64,000 bases of DNA, from the IMG/VR virus record IMGVR_UViG_3300017757_000001. The stretch is one strand, 5' to 3'. The stretch's first letter is position 1; every line of letters begins with the position of its first letter. A program made the translations under genes and the position numbers. Positions 31,806 through 39,637 of this stretch are shown here, piece after piece. Under the pieces are notes generated by a model. That model did no database searches, was not told the DNA's origin, and saw only the letters and a list, made by a program, of their open reading frames with translations. Origin of the DNA: a virus.

Positions 31806-33011
31806 TTATCTTAAAATAGTAAGATGTCCTGATTTTTGGTAAATTTCTGGGGAGTTAAATTTTCTAGCATAAAAACTGTAAACATAAACTCCATCTACTA
31901 CATAGGAGGGACCTCCTTGCATACTACCATCCCAATAAGGATATGAGCCATAATCATCACCATAACCCTCAAAAACTAAACCACCCCATCTATTATAGAT
32001 CTTAAACTCTACATCAACCCAGCAATTTAAATCAAGGATAATTTGCCAAATATCATTAAACCCATCATTATTTGGTGTTAATACATTAGGTATAAAAATA
32101 CTCCAAGGCCAACATTCATCTATTATTAATTCATTACAAGGTAAATTAGTATCACAATCTACTTCAATAATTTGAGTAATAGTATCTGTTAAAAAAACAT
32201 ATTCTAAAACTTCAATCTCTAAAGTATCTGCGATATATTCAACGACAGTGTCTATTTCATATATATTGACATACTCTATGAGTGTATCGGTTATATACAC
32301 GTATTCTTGCATTATAATGGTATCTATTTGCGTTTGAATAATAGTATCTGGTGGAAGTTCTATATATAAAGTATCTGTAATATATTCTACAATTGTATCA
32401 GGTTCACATTCATTATAACAAACTGCTATTCTATTATCATCTATATTAATATCAGGGTATGTCTGTGTCTGATTAAAACTATTACCAACAGTCCATCCGT
32501 TATCTGGAAAATCATCATAACCTGCAGTTTGAGAAAGATTAATCTGCCATATTACTACTTCCCAACAATACCCTTCAATAGGAGTAGCTAAAATACACTC
32601 CCAACTAAATGGTGGATTTATTTCAATAGTTGCAGTTGTACCAGTTTCCCAACCACCCCAATTTGTAGAAACTGCAAAACTCCAACCAGGATGGAAGGTT
32701 GCTGAAGTACAATCTGTATTTTCTCCTAAATCTTGTCCAGTTATTTCATCTACATAATGAATGCCAAAAACAAGGCTGGTTATATTTTCATTATTATTTA
32801 CAGAACTAGATCCATTATCATCACAACTATTACCATCCCACTGTGTGTACTCATTACAGCCGCAGCTTTCAGCATTAATAAATTCAACTACAAATGAGTG
32901 AGTATCATCTGTTGTAGCAGGTGGTGTTTGACTTACAAGTTCTAAGTTACACGTTTGGGAATATGTAGTGTAAGACATAGTGGTTATTAAAACCAAAAAT
33001 AATTTTTTCAT
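31806..33011 (-). CDS. Secreted protein with T9SS type B (gliding motility/CHU_C) C-terminal domain
   Basis: Signal peptide ending YSQ; IFIPNVLTPNNDGFNDIW...IYNRWGGLVF...WDG...GVYVY...GHLTILR. Confidence 0.85.
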   Translation of the reverse strand: MKKLFLVLITTMSYTTYSQTCNLELVSQTPPATTDDTHSFVVEFINAESCGCNEYTQWDGNSCDDNGSSSVNNNENITSLVFGIHYVDEITGQDLGENTDCTSATFHPGWSFAVSTNWGGWETGTTATIEINPPFSWECILATPIEGYCWEVVIWQINLSQTAGYDDFPDNGWTVGNSFNQTQTYPDINIDDNRIAVCYNECEPDTIVEYITDTLYIELPPDTIIQTQIDTIIMQEYVYITDTLIEYVNIYEIDTVVEYIADTLEIEVLEYVFLTDTITQIIEVDCDTNLPCNELIIDECWPWSIFIPNVLTPNNDGFNDIWQIILDLNCWVDVEFKIYNRWGGLVFEGYGDDYGSYPYWDGSMQGGPSYVVDGVYVYSFYARKFNSPEIYQKSGHLTILR

Positions 33012-33063
33012 TAAGGGGAAGTAAGGGGGGAGGGAATAACGTTTTATCCCTTATACATATGGG

Positions 33064-33140
33064 TAGGCAAGAAGAGACTTGAACTCTCATGTAACCAATT
33101 ACTCTTTCTACAAGGTATAAGCTTGAGGAGATACATGCCT
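33064..33140 (-). ncRNA. Atypical tRNA-like RNA, anticodon TAT (Ile?), no D-arm at the canonical position
   Basis: Acceptor AGGCATG/CTTGCCT-A; T-arm GAGAG-TTCAAGT-CTCTT; CAAG-CTTATAC-CTTG anticodon arm; GTAA-TTGG-TTAC hairpin 3' of the anticodon arm. Confidence 0.7.
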
Positions 33141-33146
33141 ATGTAG

Positions 33147-33220
33147 TGAACCAGACAGGATTCGAACCTGTGACCGTTAGCTTAGAAGGCTAATGCTCTA
33201 TCCAACTGAGCTACTGGTCC
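33147..33220 (-). tRNA. tRNA-Arg (TCT)
   Basis: GGACCAGTAGCTCAGTTGGATAGAGC...CTTCTAA...GGTTCGAATCC; CCA not encoded. Confidence 0.95.
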
Positions 33221-33240
33221 ATGTATTTATTTATGAAGGG

Positions 33241-33326
33241 TACTCGGGGTGGGACTCGAACCCACACTCGCTATTCAGCAAATCAGATTTTAAGTCTGAC
33301 GTGTCTACCAATTCCACCACCCGAGC
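33241..33326 (-). tRNA. tRNA-Leu (TAA)
   Basis: GCTCGGGTGGTGGAATTGGTAGACAC...CTTAAAA, long variable arm, GGTTCGAGTCC; CCA not encoded. Confidence 0.95.
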
Positions 33327-33336
33327 ATTCGAGGAT

Positions 33337-33525
33337 TTACTTATTTAATTTTTCTACTTTTTCTTGTAGTTCTTCTATAGCTTTGTCAATTTTGGGTATT
33401 TCAACAGTAACATCTACAGAATGGGGGTTAGCAGGGTGAAAACTCCAATATTCATCTCTTATTTTTGATAATTGGATAATTTCATTAATTAATTCTACTT
33501 TTGGATCTTTTTTTGTATTTGACAT
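33337..33525 (-). CDS. Hypothetical protein
   Basis: ORF with AAAGTT-ATG leader. Confidence 0.55.
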   Translation of the reverse strand: MSNTKKDPKVELINEIIQLSKIRDEYWSFHPANPHSVDVTVEIPKIDKAIEELQEKVEKLNK

Positions 33526-33534
33526 AACTTTATT

Positions 33535-33732
33535 TTAACAATCCCAATCTTCTGCTGCTATTTGTAGTGCAAGCAGAGGAGAGGAATTTGGATTATTTTT
33601 CATTTCTTTTAAAGCTGTATATACTACTTCAAGTGTAAGCCCAAATTTTCCAACTCTTTCTAAAATTGAAAGGACTTCTAGCATTTCTTTAGTATTAACT
33701 TTTTCTAAAAAATCTTTACGAATTTGATTCAT
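33535..33732 (-). CDS. Hypothetical protein
   Basis: ORF track. Confidence 0.5.
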   Translation of the reverse strand: MNQIRKDFLEKVNTKEMLEVLSILERVGKFGLTLEVVYTALKEMKNNPNSSPLLALQIAAEDWDC

Positions 33733-33991
33733 CTTTTACTTCATTAGGAGTTGGTATATAAGCTTCTTCACTTTGAGGTGCTAATTCAATTTCTTGTTTA
33801 GTTTGAAATATATCACTATATTCAATTCCTTGTGGAAACGCTGTAGCAATTATTTCTCCTCCAAGTTTCATATATTGTTTAATGATATGGTTATTACATT
33901 TTTGCCTATGTTTATATTCTTCATAGGTTTCATTTTCATTTCTAGATGGACTTAAATCCAAATTTCTAAATACACTTTCTCTTTCTGTCAT
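33716..33991 (-). CDS. Hypothetical protein
   Basis: AAAGTT-ATG leader, promoter at 34008-34037. Confidence 0.55.
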   Translation of the reverse strand: MTERESVFRNLDLSPSRNENETYEEYKHRQKCNNHIIKQYMKLGGEIIATAFPQGIEYSDIFQTKQEIELAPQSEEAYIPTPNEVKDESNS

Positions 33992-34038
33992 AACTTTTTT
34001 TGTTTATAATATACGAATGATTTTTTACTTATCCTAAT

Positions 34039-34770
34039 TTATTTAATAATAACTTTAATTTTATCTTCAACTATTTCATTTTCTCCCATATCGGTATTAA
34101 AAACAGTTTGAATAAATATGTTTATAGTATCTCCAACCATCTCATCATCAACAAATATATTTTGAGTTGGTTGATATGTGTTTTTTGAGTATGTACCTAA
34201 TAGAGTAGTAGCATATGGACACTCCACGCAAAAATATCTAGGTATTTGATATCCAACAACATTAAACGGTGGATGAAGATCAATCATATCTATTAAAGTA
34301 ATATCATAATTACCAACAGCTATAGGATTATTAAGAGTATTATCATTAAACCACCCTAAATAAGAATACATTGGGGTTTGAAATGTTAAACTATCTAATA
34401 CAACCCAATAATCAGAATCAAATCTAGCTTCAATTAAAGGAACATTATTAATTTCATATTCTTCATTTAACGGAGTTAAATAACCTGATATTTGAAAATA
34501 ATTTAGATTATCCCACTCAACTTCATAGAAATTATCTATATTAGGTACTAGTAATTGATTTTTATAAATAACTTCATAAGAAGTTTCACAATCACCCATA
34601 CATGGAGTTAGATCAATATTTTCTTTAGTACATGATGATAGTAATATTAGAATAATCCACATTCCTCTTCCACTTTTTATCATACATTCCATACGAATTT
34701 TTTCAATTTTAGCCCAATAGGCATTCCATTTTTTAATTCTTAAAGTAATTTTTTTAAATAAATTTTTCAT
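34039..34770 (-). CDS. Putative lipoprotein
   Basis: Hydrophobic stretch with lipobox LLSS-C; true start uncertain. Confidence 0.55.
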   Translation of the reverse strand: MKNLFKKITLRIKKWNAYWAKIEKIRMECMIKSGRGMWIILILLSSCTKENIDLTPCMGDCETSYEVIYKNQLLVPNIDNFYEVEWDNLNYFQISGYLTPLNEEYEINNVPLIEARFDSDYWVVLDSLTFQTPMYSYLGWFNDNTLNNPIAVGNYDITLIDMIDLHPPFNVVGYQIPRYFCVECPYATTLLGTYSKNTYQPTQNIFVDDEMVGDTINIFIQTVFNTDMGENEIVEDKIKVIIK

Positions 34771-34771
34771 A

Positions 34772-35113
34772 TTATGAAATTTTAATTAGTAAACCTGGTG
34801 AAGCATTAATCATACTTTTTGAACCATCTAAAGCCATTATCTTAATATTTTTATTATTAATTTTTTGAATTAAGAATTGAGCATTAGGATCAACTTTTTT
34901 ATGATTAACCTTAACTGTATCTCCAACTTTAAAATCTTCCCTTGTTGATTTTGGAGTAGCTTCTCCAACTCTAGCTATCATTTTTGCTCTTAATTCATTA
35001 GAATCAAATCTAATTGTACCTAATGAAATTGTAACACCATAATCTTTTTCTAATTGTGCTACTGCTTTTTCGAAATCACCTCTAAATGTTTGAACTTTTT
35101 GTTTATTTAACAT
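34772..35113 (-). CDS. Hypothetical early protein with KOW/SH3-like C-terminus
   Basis: FKVGDTVKV motif; has its own promoter repeat. Confidence 0.55.
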   Translation of the reverse strand: MLNKQKVQTFRGDFEKAVAQLEKDYGVTISLGTIRFDSNELRAKMIARVGEATPKSTREDFKVGDTVKVNHKKVDPNAQFLIQKINNKNIKIMALDGSKSMINASPGLLIKIS

Positions 35114-35161
35114 AACCTTTATTTTAATTTTAAATGCTTGGCTTCATGCCTCATTTACCCT

Positions 35162-35210
35162 GTAAATATACGAACGCTTCCTCGCTTCTCCAAATTTTTC
35201 CGCGCAAGTC
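35162..35210 (-). promoter_or_regulatory. Repeated promoter element, copy 1
   Basis: GACTT...TTTGG-N17-CGTATATTTAC. Confidence 0.75.
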
Positions 35211-35386
35211 TAACGCCTATTTTTAAAGTGAAGTTCTTGTCTTAAATATTCTAATTCACGCTTTGCTTCGCCTACTTGACCACTATCAAGATATTCTTGA
35301 ATTACGGTTATTTTATTATAAATTTCATCAACTTTAACGTAATTTTCACTTATAATTTCTTTTAATCTTTGTTTAAATTTACTCAT
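35210..35386 (-). CDS. Small hypothetical protein (58 aa, not in ORF track)
   Basis: MSKFKQRLKEIISE..., overlaps the bS21 stop. Confidence 0.5.
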   Translation of the reverse strand: MSKFKQRLKEIISENYVKVDEIYNKITVIQEYLDSGQVGEAKRELEYLRQELHFKNRR

Positions 35387-35567
35387 CGTTTTTTAATTTT
35401 TGAATGTATTTAGCTTTATCAATAACATTTCTTCTTTTTGAAGAAGGCTTTTCGTAAAATTTATTAGATCTAAGTTCTTTCAACAATCCAATTTTTTTTA
35501 TCTTTTTTTTATAGCGTTTTAAAGCCCTATCAATTTTTTCATTTTTTCCAAGTTTTATTATAATCAT
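35379..35567 (-). CDS. rpsU: Ribosomal protein bS21
   Basis: MIIIKLGKNEKIDRALKRYKKK...FYEKPSSKRR...KAKYIQ; start re-called at 35567. Confidence 0.9.
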   Translation of the reverse strand: MIIIKLGKNEKIDRALKRYKKKIKKIGLLKELRSNKFYEKPSSKRRNVIDKAKYIQKLKNDE

Positions 35568-35631
35568 AAGCGTCTCTCTAAAAGGTTTTCTCTTCCACAT
35601 ATTAGTATACAGAAATACATATATACTACCA

Positions 35632-35967
35632 TTATGGCGTAATTGTTAAAGTATAATGTCCAGTTCCTTGGAGTTGTGCATTAGGTGATGGAATTGCTTG
35701 GGATGGAGTGAATATAAATGATTGATCGCCAGTTCCATCAACAAAAACACTAATTCTATTGTCGTTTTGAACTAATGAGGAAGTAAATGCAGTTGTACTA
35801 ATTGTACCCTTTAATGGTTTTCCAGAAATGGTAAAGTAACTACCACCCGCTGATGATGACACTTCCGTATTACTAAAAAGGAATGTATAAGCTGTTCCTG
35901 CATTCATCGTAGTTGAAGTAGGTGATCCTTTACCCCATAAAGATCCTGAATTTATTGTTTGAGCCAT
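35632..35967 (-). CDS. Small S/T/G-rich, probably virion protein
   Basis: Beta-sandwich-like composition; ATATGTATA motif upstream at 35981-35989. Confidence 0.5.
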   Translation of the reverse strand: MAQTINSGSLWGKGSPTSTTMNAGTAYTFLFSNTEVSSSAGGSYFTISGKPLKGTISTTAFTSSLVQNDNRISVFVDGTGDQSFIFTPSQAIPSPNAQLQGTGHYTLTITP

Positions 35968-35979
35968 AGTTATATTTTA

Positions 35980-36417
35980 TTATACATATGACGTTTTGTG
36001 GGTTCCATTTATAATATTTGAAGAACTCAATCCACCATATCTTGGAACATATATGATATTTTCAATATACTCCGATCCAATTATTTCTTTTTCTTTATAA
36101 TCATCCCCAATTACCATAAATTTTGGAAGTTGAACTTCAATTAAGTTCCTCAACATATCATCACTATGAAAAGCGTAAACTTCATCAATGTATTTTATAG
36201 CACGTAGAAATTCCATTCTATCCTTTAGCTTATTTACTGGCCTACCTACTCCTTTTGCTTCTCTTATTCTCTCATCCGTATCTACTCCAACTACTATCTT
36301 CCATGAAAAGGGAGGTAACTCATCATTTGCTAATTCATGTGCTCTTTCGAATAATTTGATGTGCCCCATGTGGAGCACATCAAAAGTTCCATTTAACCAA
36401 ATTACATTATTGTGCAT
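35980..36417 (-). CDS. Cytidylyl/adenylyltransferase (RfaE/HldE domain II-like)
   Basis: NGTFDVLHMGH, KGVGRPVN, GDDY, SSSNII. Confidence 0.85.
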   Translation of the reverse strand: MHNNVIWLNGTFDVLHMGHIKLFERAHELANDELPPFSWKIVVGVDTDERIREAKGVGRPVNKLKDRMEFLRAIKYIDEVYAFHSDDMLRNLIEVQLPKFMVIGDDYKEKEIIGSEYIENIIYVPRYGGLSSSNIINGTHKTSYV

Positions 36418-37222
36418 ACTCTAAAGCTACATTAAATAGCTCTTTATTAATTTTCATATCTTGTTTGAAATTTTTAATCTCACGAGCTTTTCTTGCTTTA
36501 CCCGCTGAACGGTAATCGAAGTCTCCTGTAATTAATTTTTCTTGAACTACATTAAATACACTCCAAAGATCGCTTCCTGCGTCTTCTTTTCTAACTGGAT
36601 TGATAAATGCATCCAAATCAATTTGAATTCTATTCATCTCTGGCTTTGTAAACCTTGTTAGCAATGCATCTTTGGCAAATTGAAGAATTCTTTCTTGCTC
36701 CATTTCTGTAGCTTTCATTCGATTCATAGATTCAACTGTCAATGGTAGCTTTTCAACCATATCCTTAATCATATCTTGAAGATCTTCAAATGAATAACCC
36801 ATATGACGCATTTTAACATCTTCAAATTGCTGATCTGCAATTACAAGACCATTTGAGCAAATCAACCTATACAAACCTGCTTGGAATGTAAAAGCATTTT
36901 TACCATCATGAGAGTTAGTCATTAGGATTTGTGGAAATACTGTATCACCATCTTCTCCATTAATAACAACATCATCATTTCTAAACACCAATAAGTGCTT
37001 CTGAAAGCCCTTAGTTGAAATTTTACGAGCTTTTACCTCTTTCGCCTCAATTGGCTTCCAACCTAATACTTCCATATCATCAATTACTCTTTCTGTAGGA
37101 ATGTGAGTGTAATGTTTAGAAACCTCATTACTAGGCTTTTCTGCGAATACTGACGGCGCTACGCTTAAAATATTCCCTTTTGTTAAATACTTTGCTGATT
37201 GCAAATCTTCTGAATTCATCAT
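36407..37222 (-). CDS. DUF932/DUF945 family protein
   Basis: APSVFA...YTHIPT, KHLLVF, NSHDG, GLYRLICSNGL, DLWSVFNVVQE. Confidence 0.85.
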   Translation of the reverse strand: MMNSEDLQSAKYLTKGNILSVAPSVFAEKPSNEVSKHYTHIPTERVIDDMEVLGWKPIEAKEVKARKISTKGFQKHLLVFRNDDVVINGEDGDTVFPQILMTNSHDGKNAFTFQAGLYRLICSNGLVIADQQFEDVKMRHMGYSFEDLQDMIKDMVEKLPLTVESMNRMKATEMEQERILQFAKDALLTRFTKPEMNRIQIDLDAFINPVRKEDAGSDLWSVFNVVQEKLITGDFDYRSAGKARKAREIKNFKQDMKINKELFNVALEYAQ

Positions 37223-37268
37223 AACTTTTATTTGTTTTTTGTGATTATTAATTATCCTTATTTACCCT

Positions 37269-37318
37269 GTAAATATACGAACGCTTTCTCGGGTATCCAA
37301 GCACTTTACCGGAAGTCT
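37269..37318 (-). promoter_or_regulatory. Repeated promoter element, copy 2
   Basis: CTTGG-N17-CGTATATTTAC. Confidence 0.75.
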
Positions 37319-37938
37319 TCAAGAAGTTGTTTATATCTGTATATAATTTGTCGATAGTGAAAGATCGTAGTACTCTACGATTTGCGAATTTGCAATTTTT
37401 ACAACGCTTATGCTATATGGTTTTTGGCCTTAAATTGCTAAAGCAAAAACAACAATCATTATTGTAATATAGATAATTGGTGTTACGTCTACTGATTTTC
37501 TTTCCATGATCATATATATTTTACTATTATGTTAATCTAATGCCCTTAATATGAAGCAGTTATGAATCTGTTATGCCCTAGATATAAGTATATACTCATC
37601 GATCCTTTATTTTTATACTCGATATATGAAAACCGCTACACCCTTGGTCCCACATACCCACCATATATGGACATCAGCGCGCGGTGGTTATTACATACAT
37701 ACGCCGGCGGTACGCCGCACAACTACTACTATACTATATTACTATTACCACCCATACTACTTAATATGTAAGTATAAGGTATGGCATGCACAACATATTA
37801 TTATATATAAGGTACTTACGATTTACATCATTGGTATAATAGATTGTATAGGTAGGTACCCAGTATGGGGGTTATGCGACCCATACTAGGTGTAACTACC
37901 GCCGGCTAAGGAACCGACATCGTAAATGTATCATTCGA

Positions 37939-38730
37939 TTACGCCATATTCAACGGCTCATCATGCAACCATGACACCTTATTATGTGTATCTAAATTAA
38001 AATATAATTTATTACCATTTCCACCACGACGATTCTTACTGAAATGAAAATAACGTCCCATCTCATCGAATTTCAAATGCCCCATCGCTGTTGTCATGTG
38101 CTTAATCTTATTCGATCCAACAAATGTACCTCCTTTAGTAACTTGTTGAATTATCAAAAACGTACTATTAATATTAGCATCGTTATTTGCTTGATTATGT
38201 TCATCTAGTAATTGTAGAATACGGTTGGTGTTTGACTTACCTGTACCACCAAAATAATCAACATAATTATCTGATATCTCAGCAAGTGAATCAATTAACA
38301 CACAATCATATCCTTCCTTCAATGCTGTTCTTAAAACAACATCAGGATTGGTATCTGAATAATCACCCATAAATAGAATATCTAGGGCACCAAACTTTGG
38401 GAATCTACGAACATAACCAACCATGTCGATAGCATTCATCTCACCTGAAATAAACAAACATTTCTTACCTGCTTGATTCAAATCAGCTAATATGTCTAGC
38501 AACACAGTAGTCTTACCAACACCTGGATCACCTGTTATTACAACATTTGTTCCTGGCATAACACCTTTATCTGAACTAAAGAATTGATCAACTTTCGTTT
38601 TAGTTCTCATTGGTGTAAATAATTTATCATTAAATGTCAAATCATCCATTTTCACGGTTTTAACATTCAATTTCATCTGTGGCGTCTCAACTGTTTTTCT
38701 TGGACGACCTCTTTTTACTTCATTTTGCAT
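37939..38730 (-). CDS. RadA/Sms-like RecA-fold ATPase
   Basis: GDPGVGKTT, ISGEM, VLIDS, QVTKGG, KNRRG; N-terminal AT-hook KRGRPRK. Confidence 0.8.
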   Translation of the reverse strand: MQNEVKRGRPRKTVETPQMKLNVKTVKMDDLTFNDKLFTPMRTKTKVDQFFSSDKGVMPGTNVVITGDPGVGKTTVLLDILADLNQAGKKCLFISGEMNAIDMVGYVRRFPKFGALDILFMGDYSDTNPDVVLRTALKEGYDCVLIDSLAEISDNYVDYFGGTGKSNTNRILQLLDEHNQANNDANINSTFLIIQQVTKGGTFVGSNKIKHMTTAMGHLKFDEMGRYFHFSKNRRGGNGNKLYFNLDTHNKVSWLHDEPLNMA

Positions 38731-38791
38731 AACCTTTATTTTTAATTTATAACCTTTTTAATTCCGTTAATGGCCTTAACTCATTAACATG

Positions 38792-38824
38792 GTAAATATA
38801 CGAACGGAATCTCGCTTCTCCAAG
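38792..38824 (-). promoter_or_regulatory. Repeated promoter element, copy 3
   Basis: CTTGG-N17-CGTATATTTAC. Confidence 0.75.
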
Positions 38825-38841
38825 CTATTCCGCAATTACCT

Positions 38842-39120
38842 TTAAAATGTTGCTGGATGTCCTTCAAATGCTAATTGATCCTCAACGCTAGCATTCATGT
38901 ATTTGGAACGTTGCTTAAAATAATGTAAGAATAAATCACTGTTGGTGAAATATCGATCGATACGTTCTGTCCATGTTGATAATCCCCATTTAGGAGACAT
39001 ATATGTTCCAGTTAATATTTTTTGTCCGTTGTCGGGATCGGTAGCGACGGTGATCGTTACTCCAGGTACTAACTTATCAACTTCAACTTGTGTTTCTTTA
39101 ACTAATTTTCCTAAATTCAT
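38842..39120 (-). CDS. Hypothetical early protein
   Basis: AAAGGTT-ATG leader and own promoter. Confidence 0.6.
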   Translation of the reverse strand: MNLGKLVKETQVEVDKLVPGVTITVATDPDNGQKILTGTYMSPKWGLSTWTERIDRYFTNSDLFLHYFKQRSKYMNASVEDQLAFEGHPATF

Positions 39121-39159
39121 AACCTTTATTTATTTATTTGACCTTAACCTCAATAACAC

Positions 39160-39208
39160 GTAAATATACGAACACTCCCTCGCTTCTCCACGCATCTCCG
39201 CGGAAGTC
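39160..39208 (-). promoter_or_regulatory. Repeated promoter element, copy 4
   Basis: GTGG-N17-CGTATATTTAC. Confidence 0.7.
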
Positions 39209-39210
39209 GT

Positions 39211-39250
39211 TGTGAACAGTTGTGAATAATTGTGAAATCGTGTGGTTCAC
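39211..39250. repeat. Four TGTG-initiated units in 10-bp phase, one a DnaA-box match
   Basis: tgtgaacagt/tgtgaataat/tgtgaaatcg/tgtggttcac. Confidence 0.55.
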
Positions 39251-39385
39251 GTATATACTTCGTTACCTACACTATAGTTTGGATGCGCTAGGGGGAGGGG
39301 TTAATGCGGGATTGATTTTAGGTCACATAGCAACATAGTAGATTTGTCACATACTATACTACTTTTCATTAACCCGTGTCACATT

Positions 39386-39637
39386 TTATGTTAGGTGGTC
39401 ACACTTGCATTGAATATTATTATCATTCAAATAAGCATTAAGTGTTTTCAATTGTTTGAATGTAATTGATCCAACCATTAACGTATCCTTCCACTCCATT
39501 AAACAATATCTGTCAGGAGCTAATTGAAGAACTTTCCACGTCGACTCAATCACCGTCACTTTCCCCATCGCTGGATTATTAATATTCATTGCTGTCATCT
39601 CCCCCATCTTCATCTCTACTAGGTTCAGGTCTTTCAT
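39386..39637 (-). CDS. Hypothetical protein
   Basis: ORF track; start probably later (MNINNP). Confidence 0.45.
   Translation of the reverse strand: MKDLNLVEMKMGEMTAMNINNPAMGKVTVIESTWKVLQLAPDRYCLMEWKDTLMVGSITFKQLKTLNAYLNDNNIQCKCDHLT

Noticed and set aside
33221-33439. 72-aa plus-strand ORF
   Set aside because: It is the antisense of tRNA-Leu and a small gene
37562-37889. Two plus-strand ORFs in the non-coding block
   Set aside because: Low-complexity Y/H/T/I translations on the otherwise unused strand, with no promoter or leader motif; cannot be supported
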